62,052 nt of DNA, from NCBI GenBank assembly GCA_964607465.1, contig CAZSKS010000008.1, positions 1 through 62,052 of the forward strand. Reading direction: 5' to 3'. Source of the DNA: an uncultured Gemmatimonadota bacterium. GTDB lineage: Bacteria > Gemmatimonadota > Gemmatimonadetes > Palauibacterales > Palauibacteraceae. How positions within the stretch are numbered: position 1 is the stretch's first letter; each line of letters starts with the position of its first letter. The position numbers were made by a program, and so were the translations under genes. This document shows, piece by piece, positions 8,235 to 18,376 of this stretch. Below the pieces are notes generated by a model. It ran no database searches. It was given only the letters and a program-made list of their open reading frames with translations, and was not told where the DNA came from.

Positions 8235-8270
8235 CTGTCGGGAGATTCACCGACTCCCTGTGGGGAGATC
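8235..8270 (-). promoter_or_regulatory. two direct copies of the 13-mer (G/A)ATCTCCC(C/G)ACAG upstream of hsp20
   Basis: Plus strand shows CTGTCGGGAGATT (8235-8247) and CTGTGGGGAGATC (8258-8270), with starts 23 nt apart. A third copy in the opposite orientation lies at 8354-8366 (GATCTCCCGACAG), fused to the hpf promoter motif. Confidence 0.45.
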
Positions 8271-8362
8271 CCGCGGGGTCATCGGGGAAGCGGCGGCCGG
8301 ACGCGGGACGAGGGCCGTGGCCGGAGGGGAGTTTCCCCTCGCGCCCGGTCGACGATCTCCCG

Positions 8363-8392
8363 ACAGACAGGCAGGCTGTCGGCCGCTATCCT
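8363..8392 (+). promoter_or_regulatory. stress-promoter-like motif ACAGAC-N18-TATCCT (hpf-CSD)
   Basis: gACAGAC aggcaggctgtcggccgc TATCCT, 65 nt upstream of the ATG at 8457. Confidence 0.55.
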
Positions 8393-8456
8393 GATCCGTG
8401 GTCGCTCCGGGCAGCCCCCGGCCAGCCAGGGATCGAGAAGGAGAGGAGACGAACCC

Positions 8457-9038
8457 ATGCAGATACCACCGGAGATCAGCTTCCGCGGCGTCCCGGTCAC
8501 CGACCGGCTCAAGGGTCGGATCCAGGACGAGGTCGACAAGCTGGAGCGCTACTACGACGGCATCGTGCGGTGCCGGGTGGCCGTCGAGCTGCCACACCGC
8601 CGCCACGAGGACGGGAACCTGTACCACGTGGGCATTCGCGTCACCGTCCCCGGGCGCCAGCTGGTGGTCAGCCACGACCCGGGAAGGAACGAGACCCACG
8701 AGGATCTGGACGTGGCCATCACCGACGCCTTCCAGGCCATGGCCCGCCAGCTCGAGGAGCACTCCCGAGAGGTGCGGCACGAGGTCAAGACCCACGAGGT
8801 GCCGCCCCACGGCGAGGTACGGAAGCTGTTCCCGTACGAGGACTACGGATTCATCCGGACGCCGGACGGGCGGGACGTCTACTTCCACAGGAACGCCGTC
8901 GCCGACGGAGGCTTCGACGAGCTGGAGCTCGGCACGGAGGTGCGCTTCGCCGAGGAGCAGGGCGTCGAGGGACCGCAGGCGACCGTCGTGCACCTCCTGG
9001 GGAAGCGCGATCTCCCGCCCGTCGACACCGTGAGGTGA
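8457..9038 (+). CDS. HPF/RaiA-like ribosome-associated domain fused to a cold-shock (CSD/OB) domain
   Basis: The N-terminal ~110 aa, MQIPPEISFRGVPVTDRLKGRIQDEVDKLERYYDGIVRCRVAVE...LYHVGIRVTVPGRQLVVSH...LDVAITDAFQAMARQLEE, fits the S30AE/HPF fold pattern. The C-terminal part, GEVRKLFPYEDYGFIRTPDGRDVYFHRNAV...ELELGTEVRFAEEQGVEGPQATVV, looks like a CSD. Strong SD (AAGGAGAGGAG). Confidence 0.75.
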   Translation: MQIPPEISFRGVPVTDRLKGRIQDEVDKLERYYDGIVRCRVAVELPHRRHEDGNLYHVGIRVTVPGRQLVVSHDPGRNETHEDLDVAITDAFQAMARQLEEHSREVRHEVKTHEVPPHGEVRKLFPYEDYGFIRTPDGRDVYFHRNAVADGGFDELELGTEVRFAEEQGVEGPQATVVHLLGKRDLPPVDTVR

Positions 9039-9111
9039 GCGCGCGCGGGGCGCTCCACCGGGCGGACGCCGTGACGCGGGAGGCTCCCCGCGCCGGCCGG
9101 CCCGCCGGGGA

Positions 9112-9258
9112 TCACTCCGGCCGGAGCATCCCGATCAACCGGTAGAGGAGGAGGGCGCCGATCGCCGCGGGCAGCGCCCAGCTCCAGGGAGGGCCGACGC
9201 CGGCCAGCAGGGTCAGCAGCCAGCCCACGGTGAGCAGCAGGAGTAGCGTCCAGACCAT
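9112..9258 (-). CDS. 48-aa two-helix membrane peptide (not in the supplied ORF track)
   Basis: My own translation: [56 protein letters not shown] lies 6 nt upstream of the ATG at 9258, and the stop is at 9112-9114. It lies between hpf-CSD and the glucan synthase. Confidence 0.5.
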   Translation of the reverse strand: MVWTLLLLLTVGWLLTLLAGVGPPWSWALPAAIGALLLYRLIGMLRPE

Positions 9259-9506
9259 CCCTACCTCCATATTCGAAGGCCCGATCGAGCGCCGCGGCGA
9301 GACGCGGCGCTCCGTGCTCCGCCGCCCTCCGTCCCGCCCGGTCGCATGTCACGTCGAAGCCGTCATCCCCGGTCGATCCGCCTCCACCCGCCGGGCCCCG
9401 CGTCCGGGGGAGCCAGGGCCGTCCGCCGCCCCCGGATCGGGCGCGATCCCGTGACCGGACGCGGCCCGGGTCGGAGTCGGAAAGGCCCGTCCGCCGGGAC
9501 CGCCGC

Positions 9507-12500
9507 GTGAGCGGTCTCGACCTCGCCGGCCTCTTCCGGCGGCTGGCGGGCCGGAACGACGGCGGCCCCTCCGGCGACCTCCCGGACCCGATCCGGGGTG
9601 CCATCTTCGGCCCCGACCGGCTGCGACTCCACGCCGCCGGCCTGGCGGAGGAGCACCGGGTGGACCGGCGCGAGCGCCGGGGCGCCCGCGTCCTGGACCG
9701 TCTGGCCGACAACGAGCGGATCCTCCGGAGCGCCTACCGCGACCTGACGGGGGCCGTCCGGCGCGACGAGGCCGTATCGCCCGCCGCCGAGTGGCTCCTG
9801 GACAACTTCCACCTGGTCGAGGAGCAGGTCCGGGAGGCCCGGGAGTCGCTGCCCGAGGGCTACCAGCGCCAGCTTCCCAAGCTGACCCGAGGCGAGCTCG
9901 CGGACCACCCCCGCCCCTACGGGCTGGCCCGGGAGTACGTGGCCCACACGGACAGCCGGTTCGATCCCGAGGCGCTGGAGAGCTTCGTCGAGGCCTACCA
10001 GGAGGTCTCCCCCCTCACCATGGGCGAGATCTGGGCCCTGCCCAGCTCCCTCCGGCTGGTGCTGGTGGAGAACCTGCGCCGGCTGGCCGAGCGGATCGTG
10101 GGCTCCCGGGAGGCCCGTGCGGAGGCGGACCGCGTCGCGGAGCAGGTCCGGGAGGCGGTGGTAGAGGACGGGGATCCCGTGGCCCCGCTCCGGCCCCGGC
10201 AGCGGGGCGAGGCCCGGATGGACCGCGCGTTCATCGTCGAGCTGGTGCACCGGCTGCGCGAGGAGGACGCCCGGGCCATGCCGGCGCTGGCCTGGCTGGA
10301 GGAGCGGGCCGAGCGGGCCGGCGCGACCCTCGAGGAGCTGGTGCGGGAGGAGCACGCGAGCCAGCTCTCGGCCCAGGCGACGGTGGCCAACATCGTCACC
10401 AGCCTGCGGAAGATCGCCTCCTTCGATTGGGCGGACTTCTTCGAGGACGTCAGCCGGGTGGAGCGGATCCTCCGCCGGGATCCGTCCGGCGTCTATCCCC
10501 GGACGGACTTCGCGACCCGGGACGAGTACCGGCACGCCGTCGAGGAGCTGGCCCGGGGCTCGGGGGTGGACGAGGAGGAGGTGGCCCGCCGGGCCGTGGC
10601 GCGGGCCGCGGCGGCCCGGGACGGGGACGGCGCGGGCGGCGCGGGCTCGGGCGGGAACGGCGGGGAGCCGGAGCCCGGTGAGTCGCGCTCGTCGGAAGGG
10701 GCCCGCGCGGGCTACCTGGGCCATCACCTCGTCCTGGAGGGACGGCGGGCCTTCGAGGAGGACCTGGGCTATCGGGTCCCCCTCGCCCGCCGGTTGCACA
10801 GGGCCTTCGTGGGGGCCGCCTACCCCGGCTACTTCGGGACCCTGGCCCTGGCCACGCTGGCGCTGCTGGCCCTCCCGCTGGGCTACGCCGCCGACGCCGG
10901 GGCGGGAGGGTGGACCCTGGTCCTGATCGGCCTGCTGGCCCTGGTCCCCGCCACCGACCTGGCCCTGGCGGTGCTGCACCAGGACGTGACCGAGCTGGTG
11001 CCGCCGCGCCGGCTCCCGAAGCTGGAGCTGGCCGACGGCGTGCCCGAGGAGATGAAGACGCTGGTGGCCGTGCCCACGCTCCTGGAGAGCGAGGAGGGCG
11101 TCCGGGAGGAGGTGGAGCGGCTGGAGGAGCGCTACCTGGCCAACTCCAGCGGACATCTCGCCTTCGCCCTCCTCGGCGACTGGCGGGACGCGCCGCGGGA
11201 ATCCATGCCGGGGGACGAGGAGCTTCTGGCGACGGCCGCCCGCGCCCTGCGGGAGCTGAACGAGCGCTACGGCCCGGCCCCCGACGGCCACCCCCGCTTC
11301 CTGCTCCTCCACCGCCGGCGGGTGTGGAGCGAGAGCGAGGGGCGCTGGATGGGCTGGGAGCGAAAGCGGGGCAAGCTGGAGGAGCTGAACCGCCTCCTGC
11401 GCGGGGACGGGGAGACCACGTACCTGGAGCGGGACGACGGGCTGACCGACGTGGCGCCCGACGTCCGGTTCGTCCTCACCCTGGACGCCGACACCCGCCT
11501 CCCGCCGCGCGCGGCCCGCCGGCTGGTGGGGACCCTGGGCCATCCGCTCAATCGCCCCCGCTACGACGAGGAGCTGGGCCGGGTGACCCGGGGCTACGGC
11601 ATCCTGCAGCCCCGGATCACGGCCCTCCTCACCCGGGCCGGCGAGGGGTCCTGGTACCACCGCATCCACTCGGGCCCCACGGGCATCGACCCCTACTCCT
11701 CGGCGGCGTCGGACGTCTACCAGGACCTCTTCGGCCGGGGGACGTTCGTGGGCAAGGGGATCTACGACGTGGACGCCTTCCAACGGTCGCTGGAGGGGCG
11801 GGTGCCGGAGGGGGCCCTGCTGAGCCACGACCACTTCGAGGGGGCCTTCGCCCGCTGCGGCCTGGCCAGCGACATCGAGCTGTTCGACGACTTCCCCACC
11901 CACTTCGAGCAGAACGCCCGGCGCCTTCACCGGTGGGCCCGGGGCGATTGGCAGCTCCTTCCCTGGATCCTGGGACACCCTCCGGAGGTGGAGGGACGGG
12001 ACGTGCCGGAGAGCCCCCCGTTCCTGAGCTGGTGGAAGATGGTGGACAACCTCCGCCGCACCCTCTCCCCGCCCTCGGCCCTGCTGCTGCTGGTGGCCGG
12101 CTGGCTGTTCCTGCCGGTCTCGCCCCCGGTGTGGACCGCCTTCGTCGTGGCCACCGTCGCTGTCCCGGCGGTGGTGCCGGTGGTGGGCGGCCTGGTCCCC
12201 CGGCGGCGGGGCGCGCCGCTCCGGGCCCACGTCCGGGGGGCGGTCCGGGAGGCGGGCGCCGCGGCGGCCCGGGTCGGGCTGGAGGTGGCCTTCCTGGCCA
12301 ACCACGCCTGGCTCATGGTCGACGCCGTGGTCCGCTCGCTGGTCCGGGTCTACGTGACCGGGCGCAACCTGCTGGAGTGGACGCCGGCGGCCATGGCCGG
12401 TCGGGGGCTGGGCGGGGGCGTGGCGGGCGCCTACCGGCGCCAGTGGCGACCGGTGGCCGTGGCGGCGGCCGCGGCGGGGGCGGTGGCCTGGCTCCGGCCG

Positions 12501-15500
12501 GCGGCCCTGCCGGCGGCCCTCCCCCTGGCGGCGGCGTGGGCTGCGTCCCCCCTCCTGTCGTGGTGGGTGAGCCGTCCCGTACGGGCCGAGGAGCCCGAGG
12601 AGCTGTCAGCCGAGGACGTCCTGGAGCTGCGCGGCACGGCGCGGGAGAGCTGGCGCTTCTTCGAGGAGACGGTGGACGGGACGTCGGCCGCCCTGCCGCC
12701 GGACAACCTGCAGGAGGATCCGGAGCCCCGGGTGGCGCACCGGACGTCGCCGACCAACGTCGGGATGTATCTCCTCTCAGTGATGGCGGCCCGGGACTTC
12801 GGCTGGATCGGCACCCGGGAGACGGCGGAGCGCCTGGAGCGGACCCTGGAGACGATGGAGGGCCTGGAGCGGATCCGGGGCCACTTCTACAACTGGTACG
12901 ACACCCGCTCCCTCGTCCCCCTGGAGCCCCGCTACGTCTCGACGGTGGACAGCGGCAACCTCGCGGGCCACCTGCTGACGGTGGCCGAGGCGTGCCGGGA
13001 GTTCCGCGAGGGCCCCGTCCGGCCCGAGGAGGCGGCCGCGGGCATCGCCGACGCCCTGCGCCTGGCCCGACGGGCCGCGGGGGAGGGCGCGGGCCGCCTG
13101 CACGGCGGGACGGTGTCGCGCCACGAGCTGGAGGCGTCGTTCCGTCGGCTGTCGGAAGGTCTGGACGCGCCGCCGCCGGAACCGGACGCATGGGCGCACC
13201 GGCTGGAGGAGCTCCGGGAGGAGGCCGCGTCCCTGGAGGACATGGCCTCGGTCGTGGCCGAGCAGGCCGGGGGGCGCGAGGCGGCCTCCCTGGCGTACTG
13301 GACGTCGGCGGTCCGCCGGGCGGTGGAGAGCCACCGCCGGGACCTGGCGGACCGTGAGGAGGAGCTGGAGCTGGACCGCCGCCTGCGCCGTTTGTCGTCC
13401 CGGGCCGAGGCCATGGCGCGGGAGATGGACTTCTCCCTGCTCTACGATCCGACCCGGAAGCTCTTCTCCATCGGGTACCGGCCGGAGGAGGACGAGCTGG
13501 ACGAGGGCTACTACGACCTGCTGGCGTCCGAGGCCCGCCTGGGCAGCCTGGTGGCCGTGGCCACCGGCGACGTGGGCACCGAGCACTGGTTCCACCTGGG
13601 CCGACAGGTGACACCGGTGGACCACGGGGCGGCGCTGGTCTCCTGGGCCGGCTCCATGTTCGAGTACCTGATGCCCTACCTGGTCATGGAGCCGCCGCCG
13701 GGCACGATCCTGGAGCGGACGCAGCGCCTGGTCGTGAAGCGGCAGATCGAGTACGGCCGGGAGCGCGGGGTCCCGTGGGGCGTCTCCGAGTCGGCCTACA
13801 ACGCCCGGGACCTGGAGATGACCTACCAGTACTCCCACTTCGGGGTGCCGGGCCTCGGGCTGGCCCGGGGGCTCAGCGAGGACCTGGTGGTGGCCCCCTA
13901 CGCCACGTCCCTGGCCGCCATGGTGGCCCCCTCCGAGGCGATCCGGAACCTCCGACGCCTGGAGGCCATGGGAGCGCGCGGGGAGCGGGGCTTCTACGAG
14001 GCCGTGGACTTCACCCCCTCCCGCCTGTCGACGGACGAGGACTTCGCCGTGGTCCGGGCCCACATGGCCCACCACCAGGGGATGACCGTGGCGGCCCTGG
14101 CCAACGTGGTCCAGGCCGGCCGTCTGCGGGAGCGGTTCCACCGGGTGCCGATGATCGGCTCGGTGGACGTGCTGCTCCAGGAGCGGGTCCCGCGGAACGT
14201 GCCCGTCTCCCGGCCGCGCCCCGAGGAGGTGGAGACGGTGCGCCACGTCCGGGAGATCTCCCCGCCGGTCTCCCGGCGCTTCACCACGCCCCACCGTAGC
14301 CCGCCCGCCACCCACCTGCTGTCGAACGGCCGCTACCGGGTCATGATCACCGCCGCCGGGGGCGGCTACAGCCGGTGCGGGGAGCTGGCGGTCACGCGGT
14401 GGCGGGAAGATCCCACCCGCGACCCGTGGGGCACCTTCATCTACCTGCGGGACGTGGACGGCGGCGACGTATGGTCGGCGGGCTGGCAGCCCACCGGCGC
14501 CCGGCCGGACGACTACGAGGTGGTCTATTCCGAGGGCCGGGCGGACATCCGCCGGCGCGACGGGGCGCTCTCCACGTCGATGGAGGTCGTCGTCTCGCCC
14601 GAGGAGGACGGCGAGCTCCGGCGGATCACGCTCAGGAACCAGGGCGCACGCGCCCGGGAGGTGGAGGTCACCAGCTACGCCGAGGTCGTCCTGGCGCCTC
14701 CCGAGGTCGACACGGCCCACCCGGCCTTCCAGAAGCTCTCCGTCCAGACCGAGTTCGACGCGGCCACCGGCGCGCTGCTGGCCACGCGACGCCGCCGCGA
14801 GCCCGGGGATCCGGAGGTGTGGGCGAGCCACGTGGCGGCGGTGGAGGGGGAGACCGTCGGCCCGCTCCAGTACGAGACCGACCGGGCCCGCTTCCTGGGG
14901 CGGGGTCAGGACCCCTCGGCCCCGGACGCCGTGACGGAGGGGCGCCCGCTGTCCAACACCACCGGCCCGGTGCTGGATCCCGTCGTCAGCCTGCGCCGCA
15001 CGCTGCGGATCCCGCCGGGCGGGTCGGCGCGAATCACCTTCGCCACGCTGGTGACGTCCTCCCGGGAGGAGGCGGTCGACCGGGCGGAAGTGTACCGGGA
15101 CCCGGCGGCCTTCGAGCGGGCGGCCGGCCTGGCGTGGACCCAGGCCCAGGTCCAGCTCCAGCACCTGGGCGTCAGCCCCGACGAGGCGCACCTGTTCCAG
15201 CGGCTCGCCAGCCGCCTCCTCTACCTGGACCCGGAGATGCGTCCCGGCTCCGAGCGCCTGGCCCGCAACGGCAGGGGACAGTCCGGCCTCTGGAAGTACG
15301 GCGTCTCCGGGGACCGGCCGATCGCGGTGGTGCGGATCGCGCAGGTCCGCGACCGCGAGCTGGTGCGGCAGCTCCTTCGGGCCCACGAGTACTGGGCGTG
15401 GAAGGGGCTGTCCGCGGACCTGGTGATCCTGAACGAGCACCCGGTCTCCTACGCCGACGAGCTGCAGGACTGGATCGGGCGGCTGATCCGGGTGAGCCAC

Positions 15501-18260
15501 ACGACCGGCGGGGAGGAGCAGGGGGTCCAGGGCGACGTCCATCTGCTGCGGACGGAGGAGATGGACGGGGAGGACGTGGAGCTGCTGCAGGCGGCGGCCC
15601 GGGTGGTCCTGCACGCCCGGGACGGCTCGCTGTCCGAGCAGCTGGAGGACGTCCGGTCGCAGGAGACGCGTCGCCCGCCGCCGACCGACCTGGCGCCCCC
15701 GGACGTGGCGCCCGAGGCGCCCTCGCCGCGGCCGGGCCTCCGGTTCTACAACGGGCTCGGCGGGTTCTCGGAGGACGGGCGGGAGTACGTCATCGTCCTG
15801 GGCGAGGGGCAGTGGACCCCGGCGCCCTGGGTGAACGTGGTGGCCAACGAGCGCTTCGGCTTCCTGGCCTCCGAGGCGGGCTCCGGGTTCACCTGGGCGG
15901 CGAACAGCCGGGAGAACCGGCTCACGCCCTGGTCCAACGATCCCGTGGCGGATCCGCCGGGGGAGGCCCTGTACGTGCGGGACGAGGCCACCGGAGAGGT
16001 GTGGACCCCGACGCCCCTGCCCATCCGGGAGGCCACGCCCTACCGGATCACCCACTCCCAGGGGTGGACCCGCTTCGAGCACGAGAGCCACGGCGTCCGC
16101 CTGGAGCTGACCCAGCTCGTTCCCCCCGACGACCCGGTCAAGATCTCCCGACTCCGGCTGCGCAACCGGTCGGGCCGGTCCCGGCGGCTCTCGGTCACGG
16201 CCTACGCCGAGTGGGTGCTGGGCGTGCAGCGGGAGCGGGCGGCGCCCCACGTGAGGACCGCGGTGGACGAGGCGACGGGGGCGCTCCTGGCCCGCAACGG
16301 CTGGAACGAGGAATTCGCCCGCCGGACGGCCTTCGCGGACCTGGCCGGCGAGCAGGACGCCTGGACGTGCGACCGCACGGAGTTCCTGGGCCGCAACGGG
16401 ACCCCGGCCTCCCCGGCGGCGATGGCTCCCGGTCGGGAGCTGTCGGGCACCGCCGGCGCGGGACGGGACCCGTGCGCCGCCCTGCGCCGCGAGGTGCGCC
16501 TGGCGCCGGGCGGGGAGGCCGAGGTGGTGTTCCTGCTGGGGCAGGGGCGCGACGCCGACGAGGCCCGGGAGCTGGTCCGGCGATACCGGGCGGCGGATCC
16601 GGACGACGTGCTGGAGGCGGTCCGCACCCACTGGGACGACATCCTGGGCACCGTGCAGGTGGACGTGCCGGACGGCTCCATGGAGCCGATGCTGAATCGG
16701 TGGCTCCTCTACCAGACCCTCTCCTGTCGGCTCTTCGGACGTTCGGCCTTCTACCAGTCGGGGGGCGCCTACGGCTTCCGGGACCAGCTCCAGGACGTCA
16801 TGGCGCTGACCGTCGCCCGCCGCGACCTGGCCCGGGAACACATCCTCCGGGCCGCGGGCCGCCAGTTCCCCGAGGGCGACGTCCAGCACTGGTGGCACCC
16901 GCCGTCGGGCCGCGGCGTGCGGACCCGCATCTCCGACGACCTGCTGTGGCTGCCCTTCGCGGCGCTCCACTACCTGCGGGTCACCGGCGACGCCTCCGTG
17001 CTGGAGGAGGAGGTGCCCTTCCTGGAGGGCGAGGTGCTGGGGGAGGACGAGCTGGAGCGGTACTTCGAGCCCGAGCGGACGGAGGCGACGGCCACGCTGT
17101 ACGAGCACTGCGCCCGGGCCCTGGACGCACGTCTCGAGGCCGGGCCCCACGGCCTCCCCCTCATGGGGTCGGGCGATTGGAACGACGGCATGGACCGGGT
17201 GGGCCACCGGGGGCGGGGGGAGAGCGTGTGGATGGGCTGGTTCCTCCACATGAACCTGGCGGGCTTCGCGCCGCTGGCCGAGGCCCGGGGCGAGGAGGCT
17301 CGGGCCCGGGCGTGGCGACGGCGCATGGACGAGCTGGCGGAGGCCCTGGAGCGCCACGGCTGGGACGGGGACTGGTACCGGAGAGCCTACTTCGACGACG
17401 GGACGCCCCTGGGCTCCTCGGCCAACGACGAGTGCCGCATCGACTCCATCGCCCAGTCCTGGGCCGTGCTGTCGGGCGTGGCCCGGCCGTCCCGCCAGCG
17501 GCGGGCGATGCAGTCGGTGGAGCAGTACCTGGTGCGCCGGGGGGACGCGCTGGTGCTCCTCTTCACGCCGCCCTTCGACGAGGGGGAGCTGGACCCCGGC
17601 TACATCAGGGGCTACCTGCCGGGGGTGCGGGAGAACGGCGGCCAGTACACCCACGCCGCCATCTGGTCGGTGCTGGCCTTCGCCGAGCTGGGGGACGGCG
17701 ACGGGGCGGCGGAGCTGTTCTCGATCCTGAATCCCGTCAACCAGGCGAGCACACGGGCCGGGGTGCACCGCTACAAGGTGGAGCCCTACGTGTCGGTGGG
17801 CGACGTCTACGCCGAGCCGCCCCACACCGGACGGGGGGGCTGGAGCTGGTACACGGGCTCGGCGGGCTGGATGCACCGGGCGGGGCTGGAGTGGATCCTG
17901 GGCTTCCGCCTGCGGGGCGACACGCTGCGCCTGGACCCCTGCATCCCGCGGGACTGGCCGGGCTTCTCGATGACCTTCCGGTACCATTCGGCGCGCTACG
18001 AGATCGAGGTCGAGAGCCCCGGCGGCGACATGCGGGGCGTATCGGCGGCGGAGGTGGACGGCGAGCCGGCGCGGGTCGACGACGAGGGCGCCTGGATTCC
18101 CCTGGCCGACGACGGGGCGACCCACCGCGTGCGGGTGCTGCTGGGCGGCGCGGGGGACGGGGAGGCGAGCCGGTCGGACGGGGACGGCGGGATCGGCTCG
18201 GGGGGTGAGGACGGCTCGCCGGGCGCTGCCCACGAGCGTGGGGGATCTCCCGACGGCTGA
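9507..18260 (+). CDS. ndvB: cyclic beta-1,2-glucan synthase (NdvB/ChvB/Cgs type: membrane GT domain plus GH94-like phosphorylase domain)
   Basis: 2917-aa single ORF. It has TM helices flanking a glycosyltransferase core ([41 protein letters not shown] as a QxxRW-like motif). The C-terminal GH94-type region carries [13 protein letters not shown] and [10 protein letters not shown]. Size and domain order match Cgs/NdvB. Confidence 0.9.
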   Translation: MSGLDLAGLFRRLAGRNDGGPSGDLPDPIRGAIFGPDRLRLHAAGLAEEHRVDRRERRGARVLDRLADNERILRSAYRDLTGAVRRDEAVSPAAEWLLDNFHLVEEQVREARESLPEGYQRQLPKLTRGELADHPRPYGLAREYVAHTDSRFDPEALESFVEAYQEVSPLTMGEIWALPSSLRLVLVENLRRLAERIVGSREARAEADRVAEQVREAVVEDGDPVAPLRPRQRGEARMDRAFIVELVHRLREEDARAMPALAWLEERAERAGATLEELVREEHASQLSAQATVANIVTSLRKIASFDWADFFEDVSRVERILRRDPSGVYPRTDFATRDEYRHAVEELARGSGVDEEEVARRAVARAAAARDGDGAGGAGSGGNGGEPEPGESRSSEGARAGYLGHHLVLEGRRAFEEDLGYRVPLARRLHRAFVGAAYPGYFGTLALATLALLALPLGYAADAGAGGWTLVLIGLLALVPATDLALAVLHQDVTELVPPRRLPKLELADGVPEEMKTLVAVPTLLESEEGVREEVERLEERYLANSSGHLAFALLGDWRDAPRESMPGDEELLATAARALRELNERYGPAPDGHPRFLLLHRRRVWSESEGRWMGWERKRGKLEELNRLLRGDGETTYLERDDGLTDVAPDVRFVLTLDADTRLPPRAARRLVGTLGHPLNRPRYDEELGRVTRGYGILQPRITALLTRAGEGSWYHRIHSGPTGIDPYSSAASDVYQDLFGRGTFVGKGIYDVDAFQRSLEGRVPEGALLSHDHFEGAFARCGLASDIELFDDFPTHFEQNARRLHRWARGDWQLLPWILGHPPEVEGRDVPESPPFLSWWKMVDNLRRTLSPPSALLLLVAGWLFLPVSPPVWTAFVVATVAVPAVVPVVGGLVPRRRGAPLRAHVRGAVREAGAAAARVGLEVAFLANHAWLMVDAVVRSLVRVYVTGRNLLEWTPAAMAGRGLGGGVAGAYRRQWRPVAVAAAAAGAVAWLRPAALPAALPLAAAWAASPLLSWWVSRPVRAEEPEELSAEDVLELRGTARESWRFFEETVDGTSAALPPDNLQEDPEPRVAHRTSPTNVGMYLLSVMAARDFGWIGTRETAERLERTLETMEGLERIRGHFYNWYDTRSLVPLEPRYVSTVDSGNLAGHLLTVAEACREFREGPVRPEEAAAGIADALRLARRAAGEGAGRLHGGTVSRHELEASFRRLSEGLDAPPPEPDAWAHRLEELREEAASLEDMASVVAEQAGGREAASLAYWTSAVRRAVESHRRDLADREEELELDRRLRRLSSRAEAMAREMDFSLLYDPTRKLFSIGYRPEEDELDEGYYDLLASEARLGSLVAVATGDVGTEHWFHLGRQVTPVDHGAALVSWAGSMFEYLMPYLVMEPPPGTILERTQRLVVKRQIEYGRERGVPWGVSESAYNARDLEMTYQYSHFGVPGLGLARGLSEDLVVAPYATSLAAMVAPSEAIRNLRRLEAMGARGERGFYEAVDFTPSRLSTDEDFAVVRAHMAHHQGMTVAALANVVQAGRLRERFHRVPMIGSVDVLLQERVPRNVPVSRPRPEEVETVRHVREISPPVSRRFTTPHRSPPATHLLSNGRYRVMITAAGGGYSRCGELAVTRWREDPTRDPWGTFIYLRDVDGGDVWSAGWQPTGARPDDYEVVYSEGRADIRRRDGALSTSMEVVVSPEEDGELRRITLRNQGARAREVEVTSYAEVVLAPPEVDTAHPAFQKLSVQTEFDAATGALLATRRRREPGDPEVWASHVAAVEGETVGPLQYETDRARFLGRGQDPSAPDAVTEGRPLSNTTGPVLDPVVSLRRTLRIPPGGSARITFATLVTSSREEAVDRAEVYRDPAAFERAAGLAWTQAQVQLQHLGVSPDEAHLFQRLASRLLYLDPEMRPGSERLARNGRGQSGLWKYGVSGDRPIAVVRIAQVRDRELVRQLLRAHEYWAWKGLSADLVILNEHPVSYADELQDWIGRLIRVSHTTGGEEQGVQGDVHLLRTEEMDGEDVELLQAAARVVLHARDGSLSEQLEDVRSQETRRPPPTDLAPPDVAPEAPSPRPGLRFYNGLGGFSEDGREYVIVLGEGQWTPAPWVNVVANERFGFLASEAGSGFTWAANSRENRLTPWSNDPVADPPGEALYVRDEATGEVWTPTPLPIREATPYRITHSQGWTRFEHESHGVRLELTQLVPPDDPVKISRLRLRNRSGRSRRLSVTAYAEWVLGVQRERAAPHVRTAVDEATGALLARNGWNEEFARRTAFADLAGEQDAWTCDRTEFLGRNGTPASPAAMAPGRELSGTAGAGRDPCAALRREVRLAPGGEAEVVFLLGQGRDADEARELVRRYRAADPDDVLEAVRTHWDDILGTVQVDVPDGSMEPMLNRWLLYQTLSCRLFGRSAFYQSGGAYGFRDQLQDVMALTVARRDLAREHILRAAGRQFPEGDVQHWWHPPSGRGVRTRISDDLLWLPFAALHYLRVTGDASVLEEEVPFLEGEVLGEDELERYFEPERTEATATLYEHCARALDARLEAGPHGLPLMGSGDWNDGMDRVGHRGRGESVWMGWFLHMNLAGFAPLAEARGEEARARAWRRRMDELAEALERHGWDGDWYRRAYFDDGTPLGSSANDECRIDSIAQSWAVLSGVARPSRQRRAMQSVEQYLVRRGDALVLLFTPPFDEGELDPGYIRGYLPGVRENGGQYTHAAIWSVLAFAELGDGDGAAELFSILNPVNQASTRAGVHRYKVEPYVSVGDVYAEPPHTGRGGWSWYTGSAGWMHRAGLEWILGFRLRGDTLRLDPCIPRDWPGFSMTFRYHSARYEIEVESPGGDMRGVSAAEVDGEPARVDDEGAWIPLADDGATHRVRVLLGGAGDGEASRSDGDGGIGSGGEDGSPGAAHERGGSPDG

Positions 18261-18299
18261 CCCTCCGGTTCCCCCACGACGACCGTCCAGATCCAGACG

Positions 18300-18329
18300 A
18301 CAGACGGACGGACGCCGGCGGGGTACTTT
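18300..18329 (+). promoter_or_regulatory. stress-promoter-like motif ACAGAC-N18-TACTTT (usp-usp, possibly the 20542 membrane protein)
   Basis: gACAGAC ggacggacgccggcgggg TACTTT, 48 nt upstream of the ATG at 18377. Confidence 0.5.
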
Positions 18330-18376
18330 GCCGGAGGTGGTCGCCCGGCATCCACCCCGACAGCGAGGCCGACGCC

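Noticed and set aside
8235-8366. Interpreting the CTGTCGGGAGATC sites as DosR/NarL-type boxes (DosR consensus half-site TTSGGGACTW).
   Set aside because: Only the GGGA core is shared. The sites occur as direct repeats and not as the 20-bp palindrome bound by DosR. No LuxR-type response regulator is encoded nearby. I keep this only as a loose analogy.
8195-9145. 316-aa plus-strand ORF, and the 248-aa minus-strand ORF at 8247-8993, spanning the hsp20/hpf intergenic region.
   Set aside because: Both run through an obvious promoter/intergenic region and are out of frame or antisense to the well-supported HPF-CSD gene. Their translations are low-complexity Arg/Gly/Pro sequence.
14250-14266. Intragenic copies of the GATCTCCC core (14250, 16142, 25158, 39526, 47422, 52843, 59929, 9009) as extra regulatory sites.
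   Set aside because: They lie inside coding regions, lack the full ...(C/G)ACAG extension, and spell frequent codon strings (ATC-TCC-CGn, GAT-CTC-CCn). They probably reflect composition or codon usage and are not evidence of function.
12777-18233. 1818-aa ORF on the minus strand, together with similar very long ORFs at 604-2358(-), 804-3020(+), 9363-12305(-), 10910-13357(+), 14375-18208(+), 19327-21894(-), 23877-26453(-), 27813-29603(-), 29201-31414(-), 31864-34158(-), 33711-35825(-), 37663-39942(+), 40096-42291(+), 55703-58972(-) and 59622-61889(+).
   Set aside because: All are antisense or out-of-frame shadows of CDSs that carry clear family signatures. Their translations are Arg/Pro/Gly/Ala-rich low-complexity strings with no recognisable motifs. 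That is the expected result when stop codons are scarce at about 72% GC.
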